In this document: positions 25,281 to 36,807 of the stretch, piece after piece
How positions within the stretch are numbered: position 1 is the first letter of the stretch
Layout of the letters: each line of letters opens with the position of its first letter
Made by a program: the position numbers and the translations under genes
NCBI GenBank assembly: GCA_028534125.1
Contig: CM052816.1
Coordinates: 47,618,001 to 47,682,000 of the forward strand
Length of the DNA: 64,000 nucleotides
Direction: 5' to 3'
Origin: Lama glama
Taxonomy: Eukaryota
The notes under the pieces: generated by a model
What the model was told of the DNA's origin: nothing
What the model saw: the letters and a program-made list of their open reading frames with translations, nothing else
The model's database searches: none

Positions 25281-28200
25281 GTTTTTTATCCGTTTAATTT
25301 TTTGCATTGTTAGTATGTGCTGTGAATTGCAGCTACGGTAGTGAGATGAAACAAATGTGGGTCCTATTTTAAAGAAGCTATCAGTCTAGGCAAGTAAAGA
25401 AGATACATAAATATAGTGAAGATATACAAGATATATAAAATAATAAGACAAACGGAAAAGAGAAAAGTGTATAGTCAAAGTAAAATGCAATTGGAAGTTC
25501 GAAGGAATGAAATTGGGAAAAGGGGAAGGACTCAACTTCCTGTCATAAAGGAAGGTAGACTCTGATAATGGTGATAGTAGAAAAAATTTGAGTCAATGGT
25601 GTAGCATTATTTTGGAAACAAATATGATAATGAAAGGAATTTGACATAAAAGAAATTAGGTACCCTGAAATATAGAAGTATTTAAAATTATTTCAAGGAG
25701 GTGTTTTCTTTGTGTTTGACTGTGCAGTATTGTCTATTGAATAAATCTATGCTTTTTCCGGCAAAACTACACACATATATAAATATAAATTCTTACTTGT
25801 CTGTTTATTCATTCATTCAGTGAATATTTATCTAGTGATAACTATTTTATCATAGTGTACAAAAAGTATAAGAAGATCTTAAAAATAAATGGGACACACA
25901 ATTCATGTTCTCAAGGGGCTTACTGTTTATTAAGAACGTATATATACATGCAGTCATTTCTAAGGTATAATTTGCTAATTATGAACATCCACAGTAGTTG
26001 TATTTGGCTCATCCAACATATTTTTAATAGGAAATAGCCCTATGCATAGTTTATCAATTTTATCAAAGTTTAAGTACAGGTAGATGGTTCCTGCCTTAAC
26101 AACAGAATTGGTTTCTATCCCAAGCAGAGCCTTTGTAAGTCAATCCCTGATGTTATAAGGTAGGATTTCATTCTTGAAAATATTTAATGCCATAATATAC
26201 TAAAGTCATGAAAGTAAATTAAAATAAAACAATATACCTTTGATATACACATAGTAAGTGTATGTGGGAAAGCTGCATGCTATAAAAGTCACACTGTAAA
26301 TATTCCTTTGGAGTTATCTTTCTGTAATTGTTACTATGGTGTTTTAATTACAGTAAGAAAGAAGATAAAAGCAGGATGGCACATTTTAAGATATTATTAA
26401 GTCTGGGCTTTCCCATGGGATAAAATACACTTAGAAAATTTTATGGATTATGATTTTGTATTCTGTTTTTAGGAAGCACTTCAATTTCTTACATTGCCTC
26501 ATTTCGTCATTTATATGACCTATTTGGTAATATTTTGTGATATAGTCTTTATAATTGAGCTGTTTCTTTAAACTCTGGATAAATAGGCAACTAAAAAGCC
26601 TTTTGATGACAGTAAACATAAACATACAGGATTGACTAGAATAAAATGTAAAATCCAGAGATAATTTTAGCTAAAATATATACATTTGGTGGTTAGAGGA
26701 AAATAAACAAGTGAAGAGAAAAAAAAATGGGCATAGTTAGAGACGTCATTATTAACACTTAGATATCACATTATTGTCAAAATGAAGATAATCATGAATT
26801 GTGTATTTCTAAACGTTTCTGCTTTATGTATCCCTATTGAAGACTTGAAACTTACTAATGTCATTTTCCACTCTGCATTTGTGCAGCAAATGACATTGTC
26901 CTCTTGTTATCACAGGTGTATGACTATATGTTGCAGGCATTTTTTCTGTACTCAGTCACAACCGTAATTTATTCATCCCAAGGTGTACCCTGGCCAACGC
27001 CGGACAAGGTTGTTCTCTTTATGAAAGAAATAATTCCTGAGGAAGGCTCTTTTCCTCTTTGATGCTATTATAGTGCTGGCTTGGTTATTAATCTGCTAAG
27101 GTGATCATGTCCTACTTCAAATACCTGCTTAGCCACATGCAGGTGAGTCACATAAGAAACTACATTCATATGTACTTGATTACTCAGTTTATTTTATTGT
27201 TATTTTTAAAAGACTATGGGCATCTGAATATGTAAATTGAGGCTATAAATGAAAGTTTGTTTTTGCGATCTCCATTCTCCTACGTTTCCTAATATTTCCC
27301 TTAAGCTGTTTTGCACTTGACTAGTCGCATGGTTTTAGCCCCCACTAGAATAGGTCTGACACGTCAACAAAAAACAAATTGTGCCTGAAATTGGGACCGT
27401 TAAAATTCCACAGTGGCATCCAGAAGTGCTGCAGAGGGCCTGTAAAGAACAAAAAATAAAAGCATATGAAACATTGTGCTCCATTCCTGGTGATACATCT
27501 AACATTTTTTAGCTCCGGACATTGGCTTCATGTAGTTTTATCAGGTTATAGCTTATAAAACCAAAGTTATTACAAACTAGCTTCGTATCACTTGGAAAGA
27601 TTTTCTTAGGAACTGAAATTTTCTCAATGACAAACACAGTCATCTTTATTATAATCAGCATTCTTTTCTCTATGTAGGATACTTACAAGGCAATTTAGCA
27701 AGTAGGAAAACAATAAACATTTTTAACCTCGAGAAGTTTCTCTCTTCTCAAAAGCAATCTGCAACGAAAAGATGTCTCTCCCCACAAACATTACATGTTG
27801 ATAGAGGAAATAGTGGGTTTTGCTTCTAGCAAAGACAGGAAGAAGGCAGAGTGAGTGCGAGAATGCAAAGGAGGGGAAAAGAAGTTTGGTGTCCTTAAAA
27901 ACTAACCTCCTTCCACAGTACCCATTACCACTGCCATCAGAAAAACAAAACAAAACAAAACATTTCCTAGATTTTCCCATGGCTCCCTCGAGTCTATAAT
28001 CCAGTCACTACAGAACTTGAAGGTTTCTATGGGAGTGCACACACATTTTATTACATTCTACTTCTTGCATGCAAAGATTTGAGCTCTTAAAATAACTCAA
28101 TTCAATTATACAGAACTCTTAACTCCATCTTGAGTTTTTGACATAGACGAATCATGCACATATGTCCAGGTTTCAAACCTGAGGTATATGGATAAGGAAA

Positions 28201-28400
28201 TCCATCTCCTTAGCCAAACACACCAGTTGCTTTGGTGGAGTGAGTCTAGGTGCCAGCTCTCGTCAACAGACCCAGCAGGCAGTCATGGATGGGCAGCCTC
28301 TGACTGCTCTGGTCTGTCCTTTCCAATAGGGAAGGCTGGGTAGGAACGATGGTTGAGGTTTGAAAACTAGACATACTACACATTTGTAAAAAGTCCCCTC

Positions 28401-28883
28401 TGTCAACTGAAATAAATGCACAACCTAAATGTTGAGAGTTGTATTTTATTTGGTAGACAATTCTAAGGACTCATCCTGGGATGACAGCCTCTCAGATGGC
28501 TCTGAGGGACTGCTCCAAGGAGGTAGGGAAGGAGCTAGGATACACAGGAGCTTTACAACAAAGACCAGGTAGTTGGAACATTAAAAGATTACTTGTTAAC
28601 TAAAGAAAGCCATACATCTCAAGTTAAAGACTTTTAACGCTTTTCTATGTATGGGAGGAAGCAAACATATGGGCTCATTGAATTCATTCCTTTGACAAGC
28701 ACCTAGCTCTCTAGGGCCAGTGTCTTGTCCTTTATTATTCTGAGCCCCCTCAGGGTGCACCATTGTGAGTGGCTGCAGAGGCTGGGCTGCAGGCTTGTCT
28801 TCACTGGGGGGTGACGGCAGCCGCTGATGACTTAATCCTTTCAGCATTCTTTACTGATATGTTTGCAGTATTTTTCATTCACA
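28401..28883 (-). mobile_element. Solo LTR (ERV1-type), 483 bp, with 4-bp TSD CCTC
   Basis: TG...CA termini; CCTC at 28397-28400 and 28884-28887; AATAAA on the minus strand at about 28445-28450, close to the element's 3' end. Confidence 0.88.
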
Positions 28884-29976
28884 CCTCTGTACCCTTGTTT
28901 TGAGTATTCCTTGTAGAGTGGGTGAGAATAGATGGGAGGGAGTAGGAGAGGCACCTAAAAATAAAAAATAACCTGAAAATTTGCTGGCAGAAGGGGAGTA
29001 ATCTGGGTGTGTACTCTGACAATAGTCACTCTACAGAAATTCAAACTGCTCTATTTAATAGCTGGAAAAATGGCCTGCATTCCAGCTGAATTGAATTCAA
29101 GGTAGGAAAGTTGTGGCTGAAAGTTATATTATACTCACCTGTGTTTTGCAAGTCTATTAGGTTCTGAATATTTCTTACACCATTAAATATCTTCTATACT
29201 TAACATGCTATTGAAAACTTACATATGATTTCAGAGACTGTTCAGTACAATAACTGTTCACTCTCAACAGGCTAGTCTTGCAATACAGTTCTGAATAAAT
29301 ATATATTGTAAAATGTCTATTCCCATATCTTCCAGCTCATTGTCATATGTCAAACAGCCTCCTCTCTATAAGGGTCTTCACTATAGAAGTGCGGTGCCAG
29401 TTAATTGATGATAGTTGTCCAAACCTGTTCAGAAATAAGTGTATTCTTTTAAATTATACAAAGGAAGCCAAACAGTCCGATTAAAAGTGATGGAGCAAAT
29501 GGATATGTCTTTGAACGGAATTGCAATCAACCAATATTTCTAAATAAACTAGTCAAAAGGAGTGAATACCTAATCCTCACTCCATGCCACACATTATTTT
29601 CATTGTGGGTGTAGAAAAGGCACACAATGTTGGGTTGAACAGATGTGGAGATCCGTAATACCATCATCTAAAAATAGACAGTGGCCTAGCTTCAAAGTAC
29701 ATACTCAAAAATACATTGGCATTTTGGGTAGCTATTATAATACTAGCCCACGTAGTTACCTCAAGGCAAAAGCTATCCTAATCTATTGCCATTTTAAAAA
29801 TTTATATGTCAGTGTGTTTTTGAATGCTGACATCAGTATGAAGCTTTTGGATACTCCAAAAGACCATATTTTGGGGAAATACAATTTTAGGAATACAACA
29901 TGACATCTATGAAACTTTCAGTTTAATTGTGCTTCAAAAGCTCAGCTCCATGTGTATATTTTAAGATAGGTCCCTT

Positions 29977-31418
29977 CTTTTATACATATATATATATATA
30001 TATAAATATAATTTTTTTATTGAAGTATAGTCAGTTTACAATGTTGTGTCAGTTTCTGGTATACAGCATAATGCTTCAGTCATACATGAACATACATATA
30101 TTCATTTTCATATTCTTTTTCACCATAAGTTACTATAAGATATTGAATATAGTTCCCTGTGCCATACAGTATGAACTTGTTTATCTATTTTATATATATT
30201 AGTTAGTATCTGCAAGTCTTGAATTCCCAGTTTATCCCTCCCCTGCTTCCCTCCTGGTAACCACAAGTTTGTTTTCTATGTCTGTGAGTCTGTTTCTGTT
30301 TTGTAAATAAGTTTTTTTAATTATTTCCACATATAGGTGATATGGTATTTTTCTTTCTCTTTCTGACTTCAATTAGAATGACAATCTCCAGGTCCATCCA
30401 TGTTGCTGCAAATGGCATTATTTTATTATTTTTATGGCTGAGTAGTATTCCATTGTATAAATATACCCAAAACTTCTTTATCCAGTCATCTGTCAGTGGA
30501 CATTTAGGTTGTTTCCATGCCTTGGCTATTGTAAATGGTGCTGTTACGAACATTGGGGTGCATGTATCTTTTTGAAGTAAGGTTCCCTCTAGATATATGC
30601 CCAGGAGTGGGATTGCTGGATCATAGGGTAAGTCTGCTTTTAGTCTTTGAGAAATCTCCATACTGTTTTCCATAATGGCGCACCAAACTACATTCCCACC
30701 AGTCGTGTAGGAGGGCTCCCTTTCTCCACACCCTCTCCAGCATTTTTTGTTTACGGACTTCTGAATGATGGACATTTTAACTGGTATGAGGTGATACCTC
30801 ATTGTAGTTTTGATTTGCATTTCTCTGATAATTAGTGATATTGAGTATTTTTTCATGTGCCTATTGACCATTTGTATGTCTTCACTGGAGAATTGCTTGT
30901 TTAGGTCTTCTGCCCATTTTTGGATTGGGTTGTTTGTTTTTTTCTTATTAAGTTGTATGAGTTTATATATTCTAGAAATTAAGCTCTTATCAGTTGCATC
31001 ATTTGAAAATATTTTTTCCCATTGCGTAGCTTGTCTTTTTGTTTTGCTTATGGTTTCCTTTGCTGTGCAAAAGTTTATAAGTTGAATTAGGTCCCATTTG
31101 TTTATTTTTGCTTTTATTTCTATTGCCTGGGTAGACTGCCCTAGGAGAATACTGCTGAGATGTATGTCAGAGAATGTTTTGCCAATGTTTTCTTCTAAGA
31201 AGTTTATTGTGTCTTGTCTTACATTTAAGTCTTTAAGCCATTTTGATTTTATTTTTGTGTATGATGTGAGGGAGTACTCTAACCTCATTGATTTATGTGC
31301 AGCTGTCCAGTTTTCCCAACACCACTTGCTGAAGAGACTGTCTTTACTCCATTGTATGTTCTTGCCTCCTTTGTCAAAGATTAATTGACCAAAAGTTTGT
31401 GGGTTTATTTCTGGGCTC
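29977..31418 (-). mobile_element. 5'-truncated young L1 (ORF2 C-terminal 367-aa open frame plus 3' UTR)
   Basis: ORF 30317..31420 ([42 protein letters not shown]); imperfect TSD aagataggtccctt (29963-29976) / aagatagcccctt (31419-31431); tail converted to (TA)n. Confidence 0.95.
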
Positions 31419-34400
31419 AAGATAGCCCCTTATAAGACATCCTTATGCTGGTCTATCTCTTGCCTTTGTCTTTTCCAATGCTAATAAAACAAAGTTTTGC
31501 CCAACGAAGCAAAAATTGTTTAATAAACTACTTAATGTATCTTTAATTAATAACTTACTTGAAGAAGTTAACATGATATTACACCATCATATCAACTTGA
31601 TATATATCTTCTTTTTAAATGAACATATAAGTAAAAATGTCCTCTCGCTTTTTATCTCTTGTATTTTTTTGATGATAATTTGTGTATTTGAAATCTTACC
31701 AGGTCTCTTGACATTTTGCAGAGATGCTGTTGTCTTCAGCAATCATAAGCATTACGTAGTAAGTAAAGGAAAAGGGAGCTGAGAAAAAATAAGCTAATTC
31801 AAACTGCAGAGCAACAAACAGAGTAATTGGGTTGGACTAGAATAGAGTCATAGCAGTTCTCTGGGAGCATTTAAAGCTGTTCAAATGAGTTAATAGGATG
31901 AAAACATTTCTATTCAAGAAATTCCTGTGGGGCTCAGGTACTAAGGATGGTCTAAGAGTTAGGGAGGATCATGAACTTCTTAATGCTGAGTTGAGTCAAC
32001 CTGAGGATCCTAAGCAAATAGTTTGGCTTTATTGGGCTTCAGTTTCCTTACAGATTTCACCTGAAAAATAAGATTGTATTTGTGAGAATTCAAAATACAT
32101 ATTATCAAAAATGTAACAAAGAAGAAACATTAAAAAGCATTCTCTGAGAAACAGAATAGGAACTGGTATCCCAAGTATGTTACGTATTAATCTCAAATAT
32201 AGATGTTATATGCAGTTCCAACAGTGGCGATATTATAGATTATCGATGTACTATAGCTCCCAAATCTTTTTTTGTGAGTATAAACATACTTAGTATATTT
32301 CTTCCACTCTTTGATCACTTAAGAAATTTAATGAATTTTCAGCATATCAGATTGAATATTTTAAAGTAACTGTGATGTTTGTGATCTAAATAAAATACTT
32401 TATTCTTAAGAAACCAGCTTAAGTTTAAACATAGTGATTATATAGAAAAGAATATAATAAATTTGTCTCTTAAAGAAATCAGTGTTTTTAAGTGTGGCCA
32501 CAAATATAAGTTAGAATTTTTATTTAATACTAGGTTACTTATATTTTTAACATGTGTCTTTAAGTTTTATTTATTTGAAATTCTGGTGTCAAGATTTCCC
32601 CATCTTTTATTTACCCAAAAATTATCGTAGATGATGAAAAAAGGAAACTCCTAAAATTCTTTTAATTCCATTTTTTTCAATTTGCAGTTACATAAAATGG
32701 AATAAACAATATTACAGGAGCTAAATCCATTTGAATGAGAATCAAAGTGGATATATAAAATTCAGCAGAATTTAGAAAAATACAATAAAATATAATAAAA
32801 TGCAATACGGCATTGTAATTTCTAAAAAGCAAGAAATAAGCTGCTAAATTCTCAACTTGTAATTTCTCTTCAATTTTAAAATTTGAATGTACTTCATATT
32901 GTATAAAGAACATGCAATCAAAGATAACACTTTTGAGGTAAATACTTAGATATGTTAAGATGGGGCCCTAAAGAAAAAAGCTTTCAAAAGCTTTCATTCT
33001 TCTTTAGACATCACTACTTATGTCTAAATAAAACTTAATTTTTACAGATTAAATTATTCCCAGTAGTAGAGACAGTACCAATATTTAAAATTTAACACTT
33101 CTTATATGTATTTTCACCTCCCAAGTTAACTGCTGTTTTTCTCCCCTTATATTCTGTTAGAAGCTCACTACTTCTCAACATTACCTAAGAAATGTATACT
33201 TTATTTAAATGACTTATTTTTTTTAATGGAAGAGTTAAACATAACTTGAAATGAATACAAATTTTGAACTGCATTAATTATTTTTGCATTATAAACCAAA
33301 ACAATAGTGGCACTCAATAAATGTAAATAAATTGACGACTTTAACTGCCAGTAAGTATCTCCATACAACACTATTTACATTGTCATCTTTTGAATGGCTT
33401 GTAAAATAAACCTCAGAAATTCAGAAGAGGGTCGAAGATATCTTGAGTCTAGAGGTTCTTGAGAAAGGAGTTTCTTAGGTGAGAACACCCACTGTGTGTC
33501 CCCAGGAAGTCTTTCAAAAGCACATGTTTTAAACAGTCAAATTAACAATTTTAGTACTCCTCAGTTCCCTTACTAGCCCATTGTAATGGAACTTTGTGGT
33601 TTGTGTAAACACTTTGCTGTTCCCAAAATGTTCCCTAAGCGTAATCCTGAATCCATTTCACTCAGAGAACTCTGCTACCCAAAACCTCTCTTTCCTCCTG
33701 GTTTATGCTCTGCAGCGGATACAGCAGAGATCCCTAACACACACTTCTTAAGGAAACGCATCTCCAGGCGTCCTCTGCATCAGCTGTCCCCTCAACAGCC
33801 TCAGTGGGGAAGGGGCGTCTTCAGCCTATCCAGGCCGAGCACTGGCGGGGCAAACGCTACCTACAGGTCTAGGTATAAAACCAGTGTATACTTACTGGTG
33901 GCACAGTAGTGCTTTGTCCCTGGGAAATACTAAAACAATGCTTTAAATTTCTGTATCTCCTTCCATCTATTACCGTATTAGGTAATTTAATATTCACATA
34001 TTTTCTAGATTAAGAATATATACTTTTTGGATTTTAAAAAATACTGTACCTGGAAGAAACAGAATGACTTTTTTTTTTTTAATAAAGCAAATGTTAACCA
34101 GTGGTACCCAGTGAAACATCTTTTGGAGAAATGTTAACTGTAAAGAATTGAAATATTTACTGGCTTTATGACTAATAAATTTTACTAAATGCAGATGCCT
34201 AGATCCTTTTGGAAAGGAGGTAGCATAGATAATTTTTGTAGCTTTTTTTTTTTTTAAGATCCTCTGGGCCACATTCCATAAAGAATGACAAATGATACAC
34301 CAGGTTTATTCAGCTTTGAAGGCAGAGAACCTCGGCCTCTTCTCAGGAGACCAATACTTTTAATGACTCCAGAGACAAGGTTGTTATTTGGAAATCAACA

Positions 34401-35349
34401 AGCACAGCCTGAATTGACAGTGGCCTATTCGTGTTTTACCTTTTAATGTGAACTAATACTCTCTCCAATTTCTCATTTTTTCCTACCTACAAATAAACCA
34501 ATATAAAAAGTGAGCTATAATATTCATCCCACTTCTCTATTCGACACGGCAGCACAGGTCCCCAGACTAATCCTTTATTTGGAAATAGAGCTTTTTTTTT
34601 TTTCCAGAATAAATAAAACCAGAAATTTCATCTTAATAAGGCAAGTCTACCTCTCTGCTGCAATTTCAGTTACTAACAAACAATCATTCTGTGCATCAAT
34701 TTAGTTTTTCTTGGAAAGGAAAATAATGCATAGTTTCTAGCTCATTGTATATAGTGGAGATCACTAACACACCACTTCTTAAGGAAACACATCAATAAAT
34801 GAATGAACTAAGATACATGTGCTGCATAATGTAATACTCTATAAAAATATTTAGAAAAGGAAAACTTAGGAACACTCAGGAAAGAATTTCAAACCAGGAA
34901 GCCAATAATCTAATAGTTTTTTGAAATAATGTTTAAACAATACAACTTTAGCACTATAGAGGCATGTTAGCACTGCAATCTAAATTATTTTTACTCTTTC
35001 ATGCTCATATTTCTTCTCAGGCAGTCATAAGTCCAGACAGCTGAAAAGAAGCAATTTTAAGAGAAAAATGTAGATGTAGAGAAACTAAGCCACTACCATG
35101 GCATATAACTGAGGCAGAATAGATAAATAAATCTTGGGTATTTTTCTTCCCTAGGGAATAACATAACGTACTCCTTTAAAACAAAATATTATCTATTCAC
35201 ACTATAATTTATTTGTACATGAGTTGCTAGAATGGAAAATGAATGATGAATTTGGGGGAAGATTTTTTTTCCATATTAGAAAATAATGAAAACAATATCC
35301 ACCCTAGAGTTAATTCTAAGCTCCCTTTGAACAAATCAAAGTCTAAAAA

Positions 35350-35515
35350 GCATAGTTTCTAGTGATGGGGGCCACAATCCACTCATATCAGAATCTCCTG
35401 GAGTGACTGTCCGTAATTCAGCTCTCTGGACTGCATCCCAGTTGCAATCATCTGAATTTCACGGAATCTGGCTTTTAAGACAGTTCCTAGATATTCTCTG
35501 TTGCTTGAGAACCAT
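35350..35515. mobile_element. MER5-like hAT element
   Basis: atcagaatctcctgga...ggaatctggcttttaa...ttgagaaccatt. Confidence 0.5.
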
Positions 35516-36002
35516 TTATATAATATTATCAGTACTTTTACACTTAAATATCAACATAATAAGCCTGTATAAGAGCTATAAATTAGCACAAGTATTTACT
35601 ACTACAAAGCTATAAGACAGAATAGTGATGGGAGTCCAGGATGGGGAGGATTCAACCAAAAAGACTTCTACTTACAGAAGAACAATAATAAGGATTGAGT
35701 TATTAAAAGTATGTTTGCCATGCTTTCCGAGTGTCAGAAACTAAGACAGGAACTTCAGATCCAGTGATTAATGGTGCCTCGCTCATCTCCTTTGGTGAAA
35801 GGGCAACTCACAGCCTAGGACAGTAAATACTGATTGTTTTTTCTGTTTTTTGCCTATCAAGTTTTTTCAAACTTTCATAATATGATCATATGGAAACCCT
35901 TTTTAATCTTGAGACCTTTCTCTGAGAAGAGACTGATCATTTTGCTCTAGATTAGATTGGTTGTCATCTGACCTGCCAAAGAGCTCTGTCCTTCCATATA
36001 TA

Positions 36003-36125
36003 TTTTTTAAATTTTCTTTGGGGGTAATTAGGTTTATTTGTTTTTTAATGGAATTACTGGGAATTGAATCCAACACCTTATGCATGCTGAGCACGTGCTC
36101 TACCACTGAACTACACCCTCCTCCC
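36003..36125 (-). mobile_element. tRNA-Ala-derived SINE (camelid Vic-1-like)
   Basis: Minus strand reads GGGTGTAGTTCAGTGGTAGAGCACGTGCTCAGCATGCATAAGGTGTTGGATTCAATTCCCAG (A and B boxes), then AAATAAACCTAATTACC and an A-rich tail; homologous to 45312-45451. Confidence 0.85.
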
Positions 36126-36479
36126 TTCCCTACTTTTTAAAATTGGAGCTGCTATTTCCTGAAGCCATGATGTTCTCTTTTTGGTTTACTTTCTTGGTTT
36201 CCTGGTACATATCCTCCAATAACTTACTGGTAACTTGTACATGGGAAGTAAATTTTCTGAGCTCTTGCATGTGTGAAATTCCTTTATTCTTTCTTCAGTT
36301 TTTTATGGATTATATGTATCTTTCTTTTATTACTAATCCAAACATTGCCAGCCTATCAACAGGATACACAGACATATAATTAAACTCAATTATCTTTGAT
36401 TTTTTTTATGACATTGTCATATGAAAACATAAATTTAAACACAATTTCCAAATTGTCATTGTAAAATTATTTTTTTGGC

Positions 36480-36807
36480 AAGGTAGGAAGATAGAACATT
36501 ATAGTGTTAGCCCTTATACTTAGATCTGTGACTCATTTTGAATTCCTTTTGGTATATGATATGAAGTAGGACTTCACTCTTTTGCACGTGGATTTCCAGT
36601 TGTCCCAAAACCATTTGTTGAAAAGTCTATTCCTTCCCCACTAAATTGTGTTGGCATCCTTGTTAAGAATCAATTGCCCATAAATATATGGGTATATTTC
36701 TGGACTTCAATTCTATTCTTTTGATATGTGTGTATATTCTTTTGATAAATGTATATATGTCCTTAGTCCAGTACCATACTGTGATTACTGTAGCTTTGGA
36801 GTAAGTA
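36480..36807 (-). mobile_element. Older L1 ORF2 fragment
   Basis: ccagttgtcccaaaaccatttgttgaaaag; ccagtaccatactgtgattactgtagcttt. Confidence 0.75.

Noticed and set aside
27678..27830. + strand acceptor ttcttttctctatgtag followed by an open frame of about 49 codons
   Set aside because: The peptide is not recognisable and I could not establish a supported exon structure.
29640..29677. MEF2 site CTAAAAATAG near an E-box (also the E-box cluster at about 24200-24330)
   Set aside because: Several such motifs are expected by chance in 64 kb of AT-rich DNA and there is no independent support.
30317..31420. Longest ORF (367 aa) as a host or domesticated gene
   Set aside because: It is the C-terminal part of L1 ORF2 in a 5'-truncated copy with a TSD. 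The open frame is explained by young age.
36050..36125. tRNA-Ala gene (also about 45375-45451)
   Set aside because: The tRNA-like head is diverged and followed by a shared SINE body and A-rich tail, and the second copy has a TSD.
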